DNA of 54,789 nucleotides from Nitrospiraceae bacterium (GCA_020346765.1 CP070788.1:1908783-1963571); one strand, 5' to 3'; positions 8,696 through 18,474 are shown, counted from the first letter of the stretch. Numbers and translations: made by a program. The notes: generated by a model not told the origin, from the letters alone.

Positions 8696-9163
8696 ATGCG
8701 CGTCACGCCGCTGGATATTCACCAGAAACAGTTCAGGAAACGGTCCAAGGGGTTTGATCCCCAGGAGGTCAGGGCCTTCCTCCAGCTTCTGAGAAAGGAG
8801 ATGGAGGACCTGCTGAGGGAGAACGCCACGCTGAAGGAAGAGGCACGGAAGATTGAAAATCAGGTAAAGGAATTCACGAACCTGGAGGTCGCAATGAGAG
8901 ACACCCTTATAAAAGGACAGGATTCCGTCAATACCTTCAGGGAAAACGCGGAGAAATCAGCGGAGCTGCATGCGCAGGAGGCACGGAACAAGGCGGAAGA
9001 GCTGCTGAAGGAGCATCAGCAGAACGTTGTAAAGATCCATGAAGACATTTCGGAACTCAAGCGCATCCGAAAGAGCTTCAAGGAGGAGATGGAGCAGCTG
9101 ATCGAAAGCAGCCTGGCCTGGTTTATCAATGAAGAGGGGCAGGCGCCCCCCGCAGGGCGGTAA
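8696..9163 (+). CDS. DivIVA domain protein
   Basis: 155 aa. The N-terminus MRVTPLDIHQKQFRKRSKGFDPQEVRAFL is the canonical DivIVA lipid-binding motif. The rest is coiled coil. Confidence 0.8.
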   Translation: MRVTPLDIHQKQFRKRSKGFDPQEVRAFLQLLRKEMEDLLRENATLKEEARKIENQVKEFTNLEVAMRDTLIKGQDSVNTFRENAEKSAELHAQEARNKAEELLKEHQQNVVKIHEDISELKRIRKSFKEEMEQLIESSLAWFINEEGQAPPAGR

Positions 9164-9166
9164 GGT

Positions 9167-9934
9167 TCAGGGGATATTGGCAGCGTCCAGTATTGAAAAG
9201 ACCTTGGTCACTGCAGCCGAATCAGCCGGCAGCTCAAAGACAGGTCTCCCCTCAAGGTCGAGGTTGAAGATGTTTTCATCTTCCGGAATATTGTAGATAC
9301 TCTCAAAGGCCAGTTCCACGCCGCAGTTTTTCAGCTTCTCAAAATGATCGTCTGATACCCTGTTGATAATCAGTCTGCGCTGCGCCACATCAAGCTGAAG
9401 CTCATCAACAAGGTTGTTGATGCGGTTTCCTGTCAGGACACCCTTCTTTGTAGGGTCGCTTATGACGAGCAGCAGGTCTACCTTGTGGGTCGTGCGCCTG
9501 CTCAGGTGCTCCATACCGGCTTCATTGTCAATGACCACGTAAGTATATTTTTCGGAGAGCCTGTCCGTATATTTCCGGATAATGTTATTTGCGGCACAGT
9601 AGCAGCCGGGCCCTTCGGGCCTGCCCATGACCATGAGGTCAAATCCCTGTGCCTCGATAAGGGACTGCTGGACCTGGTAGTCAAAGAGCTGCTCCATACT
9701 CATGCCGCCGGGACGGTCTGCTCCGCTCCGCACCGTGGCAAGGGACTCCTCCCTGAGCCTGCCGATCGTGGCGTGAACAGTTACGCCCAGCGCCTCATTG
9801 AGGCAGTTATTGCTGTCAGCGTCAACGGCAAGGACTGCCTTCTGTTTTTTTTCAACAAGATAGCGCACGGTCAGGGCAGCAATGGTTGTCTTTCCCGTGC
9901 CCCCTTTCCCTGCAAATCCGATCACATATGCCAT
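9167..9934 (-). CDS. cooC: CooC/AcsF-type nickel-insertion ATPase (CO dehydrogenase maturation factor family)
   Basis: 255 aa. It has the deviant Walker A GKGGTGKTT and the CooC-type CxC metal motif (PEGPGCYCAANN). An extended -10 (TGCTATAAT) is readable on the minus strand about 25 nt upstream. Confidence 0.75.
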   Translation of the reverse strand: MAYVIGFAGKGGTGKTTIAALTVRYLVEKKQKAVLAVDADSNNCLNEALGVTVHATIGRLREESLATVRSGADRPGGMSMEQLFDYQVQQSLIEAQGFDLMVMGRPEGPGCYCAANNIIRKYTDRLSEKYTYVVIDNEAGMEHLSRRTTHKVDLLLVISDPTKKGVLTGNRINNLVDELQLDVAQRRLIINRVSDDHFEKLKNCGVELAFESIYNIPEDENIFNLDLEGRPVFELPADSAAVTKVFSILDAANIP

Positions 9935-10153
9935 GGTGTATAGAATATCCCTTTCCCGGCATTATAGCAAGGCCGGGCGAGCTCTTGTTCTTGCTGGCCG
10001 GACTAAAACAATCTCAAGAAAGCATGCCTGCCGTGCCGGTACGCGAAAGGACACTCATGAGAGGGGTTTCGTACTTTGCCCCTGTCACTTAAAGTATTGA
10101 TAAATAATACCGATATATAAAAACACATTGCTAAATCCGGAGGATGAGGAATT

Positions 10154-11824
10154 ATGAAATTAACTATCGGGAATAAACTGCTCCTGCTCTTTGCCGTCCT
10201 GGTTGTCATGTTTATCATTTTTGCCCTCTATGTCAGGCATGACCTGAAGGAGTACGAAAGGGACTTCGAGAGTGCGGGAGTCGTTCAGAAGAAAATACTG
10301 ATCGCAAAGGACATACAGCTCCATGTCCTGAACCTCTGGCAGTACATGACTGATGCCTCACTGACGAAAGACATGACGGTAATTGAAAAAAAGGCACGGC
10401 CTCATTACGAGGCTGCCCTGCAGCAGGTCGATACGTTTCTCACAACCGGCGATGAGCGGGAACATGAAAAGGAGCTGGCAGCAATAAAGGATGACCTTGC
10501 CGATATGTGGATGACCGGCAAAGAAATGTTTGCTGCCTACAGCCAGGACCAGGATGGGGGAAACAGGATCATGGAGGACTATGCCAGAGGCGCCGGAGGG
10601 ATTGTTGACGCTGTCTCCTCTCTCGAAAAGAGTGTAAACGAAGGGGGCCAGGCTGCCACCGGGACGATATTCCTCAAGGTGGATAAGTCCCTGGCCATTG
10701 TGTCCGCGGTGCTCATCGCGGCATGTATCATCGGAGTGGGTATTTTCCTGTCCCTGCGTTTGCTGAACAAATCTATCACGGTGCCGATCTCCCGAATCGC
10801 CGAAGTTGTGCACAAAGTTGCATCGGGAGACCTGACCGCTTCACTGAAGGACATGACAGTGAAGAACGAGGTGGGTGATCTAGCCCGTGATGTTGATACC
10901 ATGATTGATAAGCTCAGGCTCCTTATCAACCAGGTCATGGGCGGGGTAAATGAACTTTCAGGATCGGCTGACGATCTATCGGAAGTGGCCGTCTATATCG
11001 TTGAAGGTGTATCTGAACAAAGCGGGAAGACCTCCCAGGTGGCAGCTGCCTCTCATGAGCTGAATGCCACGATTCTCGATGTCGCGAAAAACGCCTCAGG
11101 CGCTGCGGACGCAGCGCGGGAGGCCAACGAGGTCGCCAGGGAAGGCGGAAAAATAGTGGAGAAGAGCGTTGTCAGCATCAATGGGATAGCCAGTACGTCG
11201 AAAGAAACGTCGAGTGTCATGGCGGTTTTGGGAACCCGGTCCAAGGAAGTGGGTAACATTATTCAGGTCATCGACGAAATTGCCAGCCAGACGAATCTCC
11301 TCGCCCTGAATGCTGCCATCGAGGCAGCCCGGGCCGGGGAACAGGGCAGGGGGTTCGCTGTTGTGGCAGACGAAGTGAGGAAGCTTGCTGAAAAGACAAC
11401 GGATGCCACAAAGGAAATCGCCCAGACCATCAAGGTAATACAGGAAGACACGGGCAAGGCACTCTCCAGCATGGAGCGAGAAATTGAGGCCGTGGAAGAG
11501 GGGGTTCGCCTTGCCACGGACGCAGGGAGCGCCCTGCAGGACATTGTCAGGAAAGTGGATGAAGTAAGCTCCATGATAGAACATATAGCCGCTGCCTCGG
11601 AAGAACAGTCAACGGCAGCCGAACAGATCGGCAGTGATATTGAACTGGTGGCAAACATATCAAGGGATACGGCTGGAAAAGCCCAGAAGATAGCTGAGAG
11701 AAGCCAGGGAATTGCTATACTTACACAGCAGCTGCGCTCATCGGTAAAGTCCTTCAGGGCAGCAGAAGACCATCCTGCGGCCCGCTCCGAACAGCAGGCA
11801 GAAGCAGCCAGCAGCACCTCATAA
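10154..11824 (+). CDS. methyl-accepting chemotaxis protein (2 TM helices, periplasmic helical sensor, HAMP, MA domain)
   Basis: 556 aa. The highly conserved MCP hairpin is [45 protein letters not shown] segment (ASGDLTA) follows TM2. Confidence 0.9.
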   Translation: MKLTIGNKLLLLFAVLVVMFIIFALYVRHDLKEYERDFESAGVVQKKILIAKDIQLHVLNLWQYMTDASLTKDMTVIEKKARPHYEAALQQVDTFLTTGDEREHEKELAAIKDDLADMWMTGKEMFAAYSQDQDGGNRIMEDYARGAGGIVDAVSSLEKSVNEGGQAATGTIFLKVDKSLAIVSAVLIAACIIGVGIFLSLRLLNKSITVPISRIAEVVHKVASGDLTASLKDMTVKNEVGDLARDVDTMIDKLRLLINQVMGGVNELSGSADDLSEVAVYIVEGVSEQSGKTSQVAAASHELNATILDVAKNASGAADAAREANEVAREGGKIVEKSVVSINGIASTSKETSSVMAVLGTRSKEVGNIIQVIDEIASQTNLLALNAAIEAARAGEQGRGFAVVADEVRKLAEKTTDATKEIAQTIKVIQEDTGKALSSMEREIEAVEEGVRLATDAGSALQDIVRKVDEVSSMIEHIAAASEEQSTAAEQIGSDIELVANISRDTAGKAQKIAERSQGIAILTQQLRSSVKSFRAAEDHPAARSEQQAEAASSTS

Positions 11825-13117
11825 TTTCCTTCTGTCAATGACCCTGACGGCCTTGCCCTCGGCGCGTTCCAGGGTCTTTTTCTCAACGAGATTTACCTCT
11901 ACGGCAATGCCGAGTTCAGAGGACAGCCTGTTCCTGATCAGGTCAACAAGGGCATGTTGCTTTTTCATCTCATCGAAAAATATCTGCTCCGACACCTCAA
12001 CGAGAACTGCCACATGGTCCAGGGCTCCTTTCCTGTCAATGATGATCTGGTAGTGGGGTTCCGTGCCTTCAATGTCAAAAAGGACTGCCTCAACCTGTGA
12101 AGGAAAGACATTGACCCCTTTGATGATCAGCATGTCGTCTGTCCTCCCCCTGACCCGGGCGATCTTCCTGAAGGACCTGCCGCAAGGACAGGGCTCCGTG
12201 ATGAAGCTGGTGCGGTCCCGTGTCCTGAAGCGGATCACGGGAAAGGCCTCCTTCGCAAGTGTGGTGATGACCAGCTCACCCTCTTCACCGGAAGGGACCG
12301 GTTCCAGCGTATCGGGATGGACGATTTCAGCAAGGAAGTGGTCTTCGTTCACGTGCAGGCCGTTCTGCTCAAGGCACTCAAAGGCGACGCCCGGACCCAT
12401 CACTTCACTCAGCCCGTAGTTGTCTGTCGCCCGTATCCTGAGCTTGTCTTCGATTTCCTTCCTCATTTTTTCAGACCATGGTTCGGCTCCGAAAAGCCCG
12501 TATTTCAGGGACAGTGAACTGATACTGATCCCCATGTCAAAAATCGTTTCGGCAATGAGCATGGCGTAGCTCGGTGTGCAGATCAGTGCCGTGGTCCTGA
12601 AGTCCTGCATGATCTTGATCTGGCGTGCCGTGTTGCCGCTGGACATGGGTATTACCGAGGCGCCCAGCCGCTCCGCGCCGTAGTGGATCCCGAAGCCGCC
12701 GGTGAACAGGCCGTAGCCAAAGGCTATCTGCACCACATCGTCCCGTGTCACGCCCCCGGCGGTGAGCACGCGGGCAACGAGGTTTGACCATTTCCTGATG
12801 TCGTTTTGTGTGTAGCCTACGACAGTGGACATCCCCGTTGTCCCGGAGGAGGCATGAATCCGCACCACTTCCCGGAGCGGAACGGCAAAAAGGCCGTAGG
12901 GATAGTTGTTCCTCAGGTCGTCCTTGGTCGTGAAGGGAAGCCTCCTGAGGTCATCGACGGACCTGACCGTGTCCGTGTCAATGCCCAGTTCGTCAAACTT
13001 CTTCCGGTAAAAGGGGACGTTCATCTGGACCCTGCTCAGCGTGGACTCCAGTCTCTCCAGCTGGAGCTGCTCAAGCTCGTCCCGGTCCATGCACTCCCTC
13101 TCCTGCTCCCAGTACAT
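11819..13117 (-). CDS. paaK: phenylacetate-CoA ligase family (aryl-acid CoA ligase), copy 1
   Basis: 432 aa. PaaK-family features are the N-terminus ([25 protein letters not shown]), the AMP motif IHASSGTTG, and YGLSE. Confidence 0.85.
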   Translation of the reverse strand: MYWEQERECMDRDELEQLQLERLESTLSRVQMNVPFYRKKFDELGIDTDTVRSVDDLRRLPFTTKDDLRNNYPYGLFAVPLREVVRIHASSGTTGMSTVVGYTQNDIRKWSNLVARVLTAGGVTRDDVVQIAFGYGLFTGGFGIHYGAERLGASVIPMSSGNTARQIKIMQDFRTTALICTPSYAMLIAETIFDMGISISSLSLKYGLFGAEPWSEKMRKEIEDKLRIRATDNYGLSEVMGPGVAFECLEQNGLHVNEDHFLAEIVHPDTLEPVPSGEEGELVITTLAKEAFPVIRFRTRDRTSFITEPCPCGRSFRKIARVRGRTDDMLIIKGVNVFPSQVEAVLFDIEGTEPHYQIIIDRKGALDHVAVLVEVSEQIFFDEMKKQHALVDLIRNRLSSELGIAVEVNLVEKKTLERAEGKAVRVIDRRKL

Positions 13118-13127
13118 AATGCCCTCC

Positions 13128-13188
13128 CTGATATCAGTTGTAAGTTGTTAGTTATCAGTTTTCAGTCTAAAAACTAACAACTAACAGC
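13128..13188 (-). repeat. heptad-periodic hairpin element A in the livF-paaK spacer
   Basis: The mRNA-sense sequence reads GCUGUUA GUUGUUA GUUUUUA GACUGAA AACUGAU AACUAAC AACUUAC AACUGAU AUCAG, then GGGAGGGCAUU-AUG. GUUAGUUGUUAGUU pairs with AACUAACAACUUAC at 13 of 14 positions. Confidence 0.7.
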
Positions 13189-13217
13189 GTGTCTTTGCAC
13201 TCGAATCCTCAAGCAAC

Positions 13218-13949
13218 TCACCTCTCAGCATCAAGGTCCCTTCCCAGGTAGGCCCTCTGGACGTCCCTGTTTGCAAGGAGTTCTTCCGACGGCCCCTGGA
13301 CAATGATCCTGCCTGTCTCAAGAACGTAGCCCCGGTCAGCGATTCCCAGGGCCGCCCTGGCGTTCTGCTCCACGAGGAGAATAGTGATGCCCTCGTCGCG
13401 CAGCTTCCTGACGATGAAGAATATCTGCTTTACCACAAGGGGCGCCAGCCCCATGGACGGCTCATCCATCATGATGAGCTTTGGCCGGGCCATCTGCGCC
13501 CTGCCGATGGCAAGCATCTGCTGCTCGCCCCCTGAAAGAGTGCCGGCAAGCTGATGCTGCCGTTCCCTGAGCACGGGAAACAGATGATAAACGTTATCGA
13601 GTTCCTCACCGGTCTTACTCCCTTCCCCCCGCTTCCTGAGGACTGAGGCCCCCAGGAGAAGGTTCTCCCGCACGGTCATGGTCTGAAAGACCTGTCTGCC
13701 TTCGGGGACCAGGGAGCACCCTGCAGCCACTCTCTGTTCCGGCGGGAGGCCTGATATGTCTCTCCCGCTGAAAAGGACTTCTCCTGCCCGCGCCCTGACG
13801 AGTCCGGAAAGGGTGCTGAGGAGCGTTGTCTTGCCTGCGCCGTTTGCGCCGATCATGGTGACGATCTCGCCGGGGCTCACATGCATGGTGACCCTTCTCA
13901 GTACCGTAAGGCTTCCGTAGCCCGCCTCCAGGTTCCTGATCTTAAGCAC
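13218..13949 (-). CDS. livF: branched-chain amino acid ABC transporter ATP-binding protein LivF
   Basis: 243 aa. It has Walker A GANGAGKTT, the signature LSGGEQQML, and the LivF-type C-terminus. Confidence 0.9.
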   Translation of the reverse strand: MLKIRNLEAGYGSLTVLRRVTMHVSPGEIVTMIGANGAGKTTLLSTLSGLVRARAGEVLFSGRDISGLPPEQRVAAGCSLVPEGRQVFQTMTVRENLLLGASVLRKRGEGSKTGEELDNVYHLFPVLRERQHQLAGTLSGGEQQMLAIGRAQMARPKLIMMDEPSMGLAPLVVKQIFFIVRKLRDEGITILLVEQNARAALGIADRGYVLETGRIIVQGPSEELLANRDVQRAYLGRDLDAER

Positions 13950-14709
13950 TCTCCTCCTCCCCGAGATAGACCCGGATCACTTCACTATTTTTCTGGATGG
14001 CGAGGGGCATGTCATCGGCGATCTTCTCGCCGTAGCTCAGAACGAGGATCTCATCGGAGATATTCATGACAAGCCCCATGTCGTGTTCAACAACAAGTAC
14101 CGTGACTCCCGCGTCCCGTATTTTCTCAATGAGCCTTGCCATGGCAGCGGTCTCCCGCATGTTCAGCCCGGCCGCAGGTTCGTCGAGCATGAGAAGGCGG
14201 GGCTCTCCGGCCAGGGCACGGGCCAGTTCAACCGTCCTCTGCTGCCCGTAGGAAAGGCTCACGGCATCGGCCTCTGCCAGCCCGGCAATGCCCAGGAACC
14301 CGAGAATCTCCATTGATGTGTCCCTGATTCTGTTCTCCTCGGCGCGTGTCCAGGGCAGCGAGAGCATGCCTGCCAGAAATCCTGACCTCCCGTGCAGGTG
14401 CCGTCCGATCATGACATTTTCAAGGGCGGACATCTTCGGAAAGAGCCTGATGTGCTGAAATGTCCGCGATATACCCTTTGCGGCGATCTGGAAGGGTTTG
14501 AGGCCCTGAACAGGTTCACCGTTAAAGGAAACGGTCCCGTTGTCGGGCGGGAGAAAACCGGACACGAGATTGAACAGCGTTGTTTTACCCGCTCCGTTGG
14601 GCCCTATGAGTGCCTTTATGGAACCTTCCCTGACAGCGAAGCTCACATTGCTGACGGCCCTGAGCCCCCCGAAGTTCCGGCTAAGCCCTTCCACGTTCAG
14701 GAGGCTCAT
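13942..14709 (-). CDS. livG: branched-chain amino acid ABC transporter ATP-binding protein LivG
   Basis: 255 aa. It has Walker A GPNGAGKTT and the signature LSYGQQR. It overlaps livF by 8 nt. Confidence 0.9.
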   Translation of the reverse strand: MSLLNVEGLSRNFGGLRAVSNVSFAVREGSIKALIGPNGAGKTTLFNLVSGFLPPDNGTVSFNGEPVQGLKPFQIAAKGISRTFQHIRLFPKMSALENVMIGRHLHGRSGFLAGMLSLPWTRAEENRIRDTSMEILGFLGIAGLAEADAVSLSYGQQRTVELARALAGEPRLLMLDEPAAGLNMRETAAMARLIEKIRDAGVTVLVVEHDMGLVMNISDEILVLSYGEKIADDMPLAIQKNSEVIRVYLGEEESA

Positions 14710-15785
14710 GATGCCTCTTCCTCTGCGCTGCCCCTGCGGAACAGGCCACTCAGGGCGCGTACTATTTCCATTCTCAGCAGCCCCTCAGGGGAAAAGAGCA
14801 TGATCACTATCAGTATGGTGCCAAACACGGCGTCATCGAAGGACCCGAAATAGCCCCGAAGGGAGAAAAAGTTCAGCAGGCTTCCCATGACAAGAGCGCC
14901 CCAGAGGTTTGCCATACCGCCGATAGCTACGATAGCTACATAGCGCACGGACTTCATGATCGATGCCTCTGACGGCCCGATGCCGCCGTTATAGTGAGTG
15001 AGGCATACCCCGGCTATTGCGGCGAAGGCAGCACTGAGCACAAAGGTCTTCAGCTTGTATTGTGCCGTGTCAACCCCCATGGCATTTGCCGCGTCCTCAG
15101 CCCCGTGTATGGATCGCAGGGCCCTCCCCACGCGGGAATGTACCAGGTTCTGAAGCAGGATAATAGTGGCGATAACCAGGACCCAGGCAATGTAATAATT
15201 CTGCACCCTCAGCGAAAGCTTCCCGCTGATGCTCAGCCCCGGCAGGAGCTCAAAAGGGGGAACGTCAGACAGCCCGTCTGCCTCACCGAAGAGGGGTGTT
15301 GCCAGGACAATGGCATAGACGATTATGCCGAATCCCAGCGGTGCCATGGCAAGATAGTGGCCCTTCAGCTTCAGCACAGGCCCCCCGATTACGGAGGCGA
15401 TGGTCACCGCGACCAGGACCGCCAGAAGGCAGGCTGACCATGGGTGAAGCGTCAGCAGATGACCGCCGTAGAGGTCCTGACGCGCCTGAAGGAGGCCCGT
15501 GTCAGCACGAAAGGAGACCAGTCTGCCGGTCTGGTACGGCGTAAGGTCGAAGGTCGTGAGGAAGGCTGAAATATAGCCTCCTATCGCGAAGAACCCCGCG
15601 TGGCCGAGCGAGATCTGTCCCGCGTATCCCATGAGGAGGCAGAGACCGACGATGAGGAGTGAGTAGTAGGCCGACATGGTAAGCTGCGTCAGATAAAATC
15701 CTTTCCCCATTGCAGCGGTGATGGCCTGGACAGAAATAACTACCGCTGTTAAGACCAGCACCGGGATGTATTTGCTTCGGTCCAT
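14706..15785 (-). CDS. livM: branched-chain amino acid ABC transporter permease LivM
   Basis: 359 aa and polytopic. It shows a LivM-like GYAGQISLGHAGFFAIGGY. It overlaps livG by 4 nt. Confidence 0.85.
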   Translation of the reverse strand: MDRSKYIPVLVLTAVVISVQAITAAMGKGFYLTQLTMSAYYSLLIVGLCLLMGYAGQISLGHAGFFAIGGYISAFLTTFDLTPYQTGRLVSFRADTGLLQARQDLYGGHLLTLHPWSACLLAVLVAVTIASVIGGPVLKLKGHYLAMAPLGFGIIVYAIVLATPLFGEADGLSDVPPFELLPGLSISGKLSLRVQNYYIAWVLVIATIILLQNLVHSRVGRALRSIHGAEDAANAMGVDTAQYKLKTFVLSAAFAAIAGVCLTHYNGGIGPSEASIMKSVRYVAIVAIGGMANLWGALVMGSLLNFFSLRGYFGSFDDAVFGTILIVIMLFSPEGLLRMEIVRALSGLFRRGSAEEEAS

Positions 15786-16675
15786 CAGAACTCCTTCATG
15801 CTGAAGACTTCCCTGCTGCCAAAGAGCCCGCTGGGCCTCGCAAAGAGGATGATGAGCAGAATCGAAATGGACAGAGCGTCCTTGAACGCCGTGGGCATGA
15901 CCCAGATGCTGAAGGACTCAAGGACACCAAGGAGAATGCCTGCTGCCACGGCAGCCATGCTGTTTCCCAGGCCTCCCAGGATTGCAACGGTAAATCCCTT
16001 GATCGCCAGCCCTGTTCCGCTGTCATACTGGACATAGGTAATGGGCGAGACCACGCAGCCCGCGAGGGCGCCTATGCCCGCGCTGAGGACAAAGGAGAGG
16101 GTAACCATGTTCCGGGCGCTTATCCCGCAGAGCCGGGCAGCGTTCCTGTTGTCCGAGCAGGCGCGCATTTGCCTGCCCATGGATGTGCAGGAGAAGAAGA
16201 AATTCAGAATGATCACAATAACGGTGCAGACCCCGATGACCCAGAGCACTTGGGGCGATATGTGGACGCCGCCGACCTCGATAGAGGAGACGGAGGTCCC
16301 CGTGAAATAGGGCAGTGCCCTGACTTTTTCGTCCCAGACATGGAGAGCGATCTCCCTGATGAGGATAGACAGCCCGATGGTGATGATGATCATGCGCAGG
16401 ACCGAGGGGTTCACGAGCCAGCGGATAAAGACGATTTCCACCAGTGCGCCGATGGCCATGGTAACAAGAACGGCAACGACAATGGCCGCAGGCAGCGGCA
16501 TGAATCCGTTCAGGGTCACGGCGGTCATCCCACCGAGCATGACGAACTCTCCCTGGGCAAAGTTGATGATGCCCGTTGTGTTGTAGATGATGTTGAACCC
16601 TATTGCAACTATGGAATAAATGATTCCATAGGTGACCCCTGCAACAAGATACTGGAAAAAAAGTTCTGCGCTCAT
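15785..16675 (-). CDS. livH: branched-chain amino acid ABC transporter permease LivH
   Basis: 296 aa and polytopic. It shows a LivH-like GIINFAQGEFVMLG. It overlaps livM by 1 nt. Confidence 0.85.
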   Translation of the reverse strand: MSAELFFQYLVAGVTYGIIYSIVAIGFNIIYNTTGIINFAQGEFVMLGGMTAVTLNGFMPLPAAIVVAVLVTMAIGALVEIVFIRWLVNPSVLRMIIITIGLSILIREIALHVWDEKVRALPYFTGTSVSSIEVGGVHISPQVLWVIGVCTVIVIILNFFFSCTSMGRQMRACSDNRNAARLCGISARNMVTLSFVLSAGIGALAGCVVSPITYVQYDSGTGLAIKGFTVAILGGLGNSMAAVAAGILLGVLESFSIWVMPTAFKDALSISILLIILFARPSGLFGSREVFSMKEF

Positions 16676-16691
16676 AGCGGTTGATATGAAT

Positions 16692-16724
16692 CAGGGAGTA
16701 TTCAGACATTGTGAATACTCCCTG
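16692..16724 (-). other. intercistronic 13-bp perfect stem-loop between the binding-protein gene and livH
   Basis: CAGGGAGTATTCA - 7 nt - TGAATACTCCCTG. There is no U-tract. The position after the highly expressed binding-protein gene suggests a decay barrier or partial attenuator. Confidence 0.6.
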
Positions 16725-16751
16725 TAAGAAGAACAGCGCTGATACGGTTAA

Positions 16752-17897
16752 TTAATTTGTCAGCAAGGTGAACTTCCCGTCCTTGACGGTGAGCATGTCA
16801 AAAGCATTGATGTCCAGTCCGTTGTGGTCCTCTGCTGAAAAGTTAAACACGCCGCCGGTGCCGACAAAGCCCTTTGTGCTCTCGATGGCATCCCTGACTT
16901 TTTCCGTGTCCGTTCCTGCTGTTTCAACGGCCTTTGCGAGGATCATGAACGCGTCGTAGGCATGGCCGCCGAAGGTGCTTGCGTCCTCCTGGAATTTTGA
17001 CTCATAATCACTCTTGTACTTGGCGAGGACAGGCTTCTGGGAATTCTCCTCGGGGAGGACATTGACGACCAGGAGCCTTCCCGCAGGGAAGATGATTCCC
17101 TCTGCTGCCGGGCCTGCTGCTTCCACATACTTGATGTTGCCGAAGCCGTGGCTCTGGAAGAGGGGGACGGTCATCCCGATCTGCCGCATGTTTTTTGCTA
17201 TGATGGACTGGGCCGGGACGATGGACCAGTTGACCACGGCCTGGACATCGGCTGCCTTCAGTTTTGTTACGACGGCCGTGAGATCAGTGGCAGACTTGTC
17301 ATAGACTTCGCTGATGAGGATGTCGATTCCGAATTCAGGGGCTATCTTTTCAAGCTGTTCCTTGCCGGCCTTTCCGAAGCCGGTGTTGCCCGCGGCAACG
17401 CCTATTTTGGAAATGCCCATCTTCTTCATCTCCATGTAGATCTTCCTTACGGCAAAGCTGTCCTTCTGGGGGGTCTTGAACACGTATTTGGCTACGGGGT
17501 CCACGATCACCTCGGCAGCGGCGCAGGACAGGAGAATGGTCTTTGCCTCTTCCAGGAGATTCTTTATGGCCATGGTTTCACCGCTTGTAGAGGGGCCGAT
17601 GATGGCAAGGACCTTGTCTTCCTCGATGAGCTGTTTGGCAAAGGAAACGGCGTTTTCGGGTTTTCCCATGGAATCCTTGATGATGAGCTCAACCTTTTTG
17701 CCCTTGATGCCGCCTTTCGCATTGATTTCTTCGGCGAGCATTTCGAGGGTCTTTGACTCGGGGGCGCCGAGAAACGATGCGGGCCCTGTGACGGACAGGA
17801 TGGCTCCGAACTTGATGGTGTCCTCAGCCGCGGAGGGGGTCAGGGTCACGGCAAACAGCAACAGCAGCACTGCAGCGAAAACCTTTGCAAACTTCAT
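16752..17897 (-). CDS. periplasmic amino-acid binding protein (LivJ/K type I PBP)
   Basis: 381 aa. It has a signal peptide MKFAKVFAAVLLLLFAVTLTPSAA and a PBP type I fold pattern (IKFGAILSVTGPASFLG...). It is the first gene of the transporter block. Confidence 0.85.
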   Translation of the reverse strand: MKFAKVFAAVLLLLFAVTLTPSAAEDTIKFGAILSVTGPASFLGAPESKTLEMLAEEINAKGGIKGKKVELIIKDSMGKPENAVSFAKQLIEEDKVLAIIGPSTSGETMAIKNLLEEAKTILLSCAAAEVIVDPVAKYVFKTPQKDSFAVRKIYMEMKKMGISKIGVAAGNTGFGKAGKEQLEKIAPEFGIDILISEVYDKSATDLTAVVTKLKAADVQAVVNWSIVPAQSIIAKNMRQIGMTVPLFQSHGFGNIKYVEAAGPAAEGIIFPAGRLLVVNVLPEENSQKPVLAKYKSDYESKFQEDASTFGGHAYDAFMILAKAVETAGTDTEKVRDAIESTKGFVGTGGVFNFSAEDHNGLDINAFDMLTVKDGKFTLLTN

Positions 17898-17935
17898 GGC
17901 AAACCTCCTTTTAGGAAACGTTATTAAACAGCATA

Positions 17936-18367
17936 TCAGAGGGAGTAAATGTCCTCACCCTTCAGTATGCCGATACCTGCCCTGTTCAGTGCGTCCATGG
18001 CCTTTTCGATTTCGTCAAAGCGGAAGATGATGATCGCCTTGCCGATGCTCTTCTGCACCAGGGCGTACATGTACTCCACATTGATCCCCTCGTTCCTCAT
18101 GGTATTCAGGATCTTCGAGAGTCCGCCCGGCCTGTCCTGGACCTCCACGGCCAGCACCTCCGTCTTTCCCACGGTAAAACCGCTGTCTTTCAGCACCTGC
18201 TTTGCCTTTTCCGTGTCATTCACGATGATGCGGAGGATGCCGAAGTCAGAGGTGTCTGCCAGAGAAAGGGCACGGATGTTGATTCCGGCTGAGGCCAGTA
18301 CGTGGGATACCTCGGCCAGGCGCCCAGATTTGTTCTCCAGAAAAACCGATATCTGTTCAACTTTCAT
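17936..18367 (-). CDS. tandem ACT-domain protein
   Basis: 143 aa with two ACT-like beta-alpha-beta-beta-alpha-beta units ([29 protein letters not shown]; [28 protein letters not shown]). This is the usual companion of paaK/ior genes. Confidence 0.8.
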   Translation of the reverse strand: MKVEQISVFLENKSGRLAEVSHVLASAGINIRALSLADTSDFGILRIIVNDTEKAKQVLKDSGFTVGKTEVLAVEVQDRPGGLSKILNTMRNEGINVEYMYALVQKSIGKAIIIFRFDEIEKAMDALNRAGIGILKGEDIYSL

Positions 18368-18377
18368 GGAGCGCTCC

Positions 18378-18464
18378 TTTTCAGCTGCAAGCTTTTAGCT
18401 ATAAGCTTTCAGCTACAAAAAAAGATTTATTATGTCGTTTGCTGACAGCTTACAGCCAACAGCG
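18378..18464 (-). repeat. heptad-periodic hairpin element B in the paaK-ACT spacer (homologous to element A)
   Basis: The mRNA-sense sequence reads GCUGUUG GCUGUAA GCUGUCA GC, then a 27-nt loop, then GCUGAAA GCUUAUA GCUAAAA GCUUGCA GCUGAAA AGGAGCGCUCC-AUG. The two heptad blocks are largely complementary. Confidence 0.7.
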
Positions 18465-18474
18465 CATAACTGAT

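Noticed and set aside
13190-13217. TCGAATCC, a tRNA T-loop-like string in the livF-paaK spacer.
   Set aside because: There is no preceding GG. No acceptor, D or anticodon stems can be drawn, and the 100-nt spacer is otherwise filled by the heptad hairpin. It is not a tRNA or tRNA fragment.
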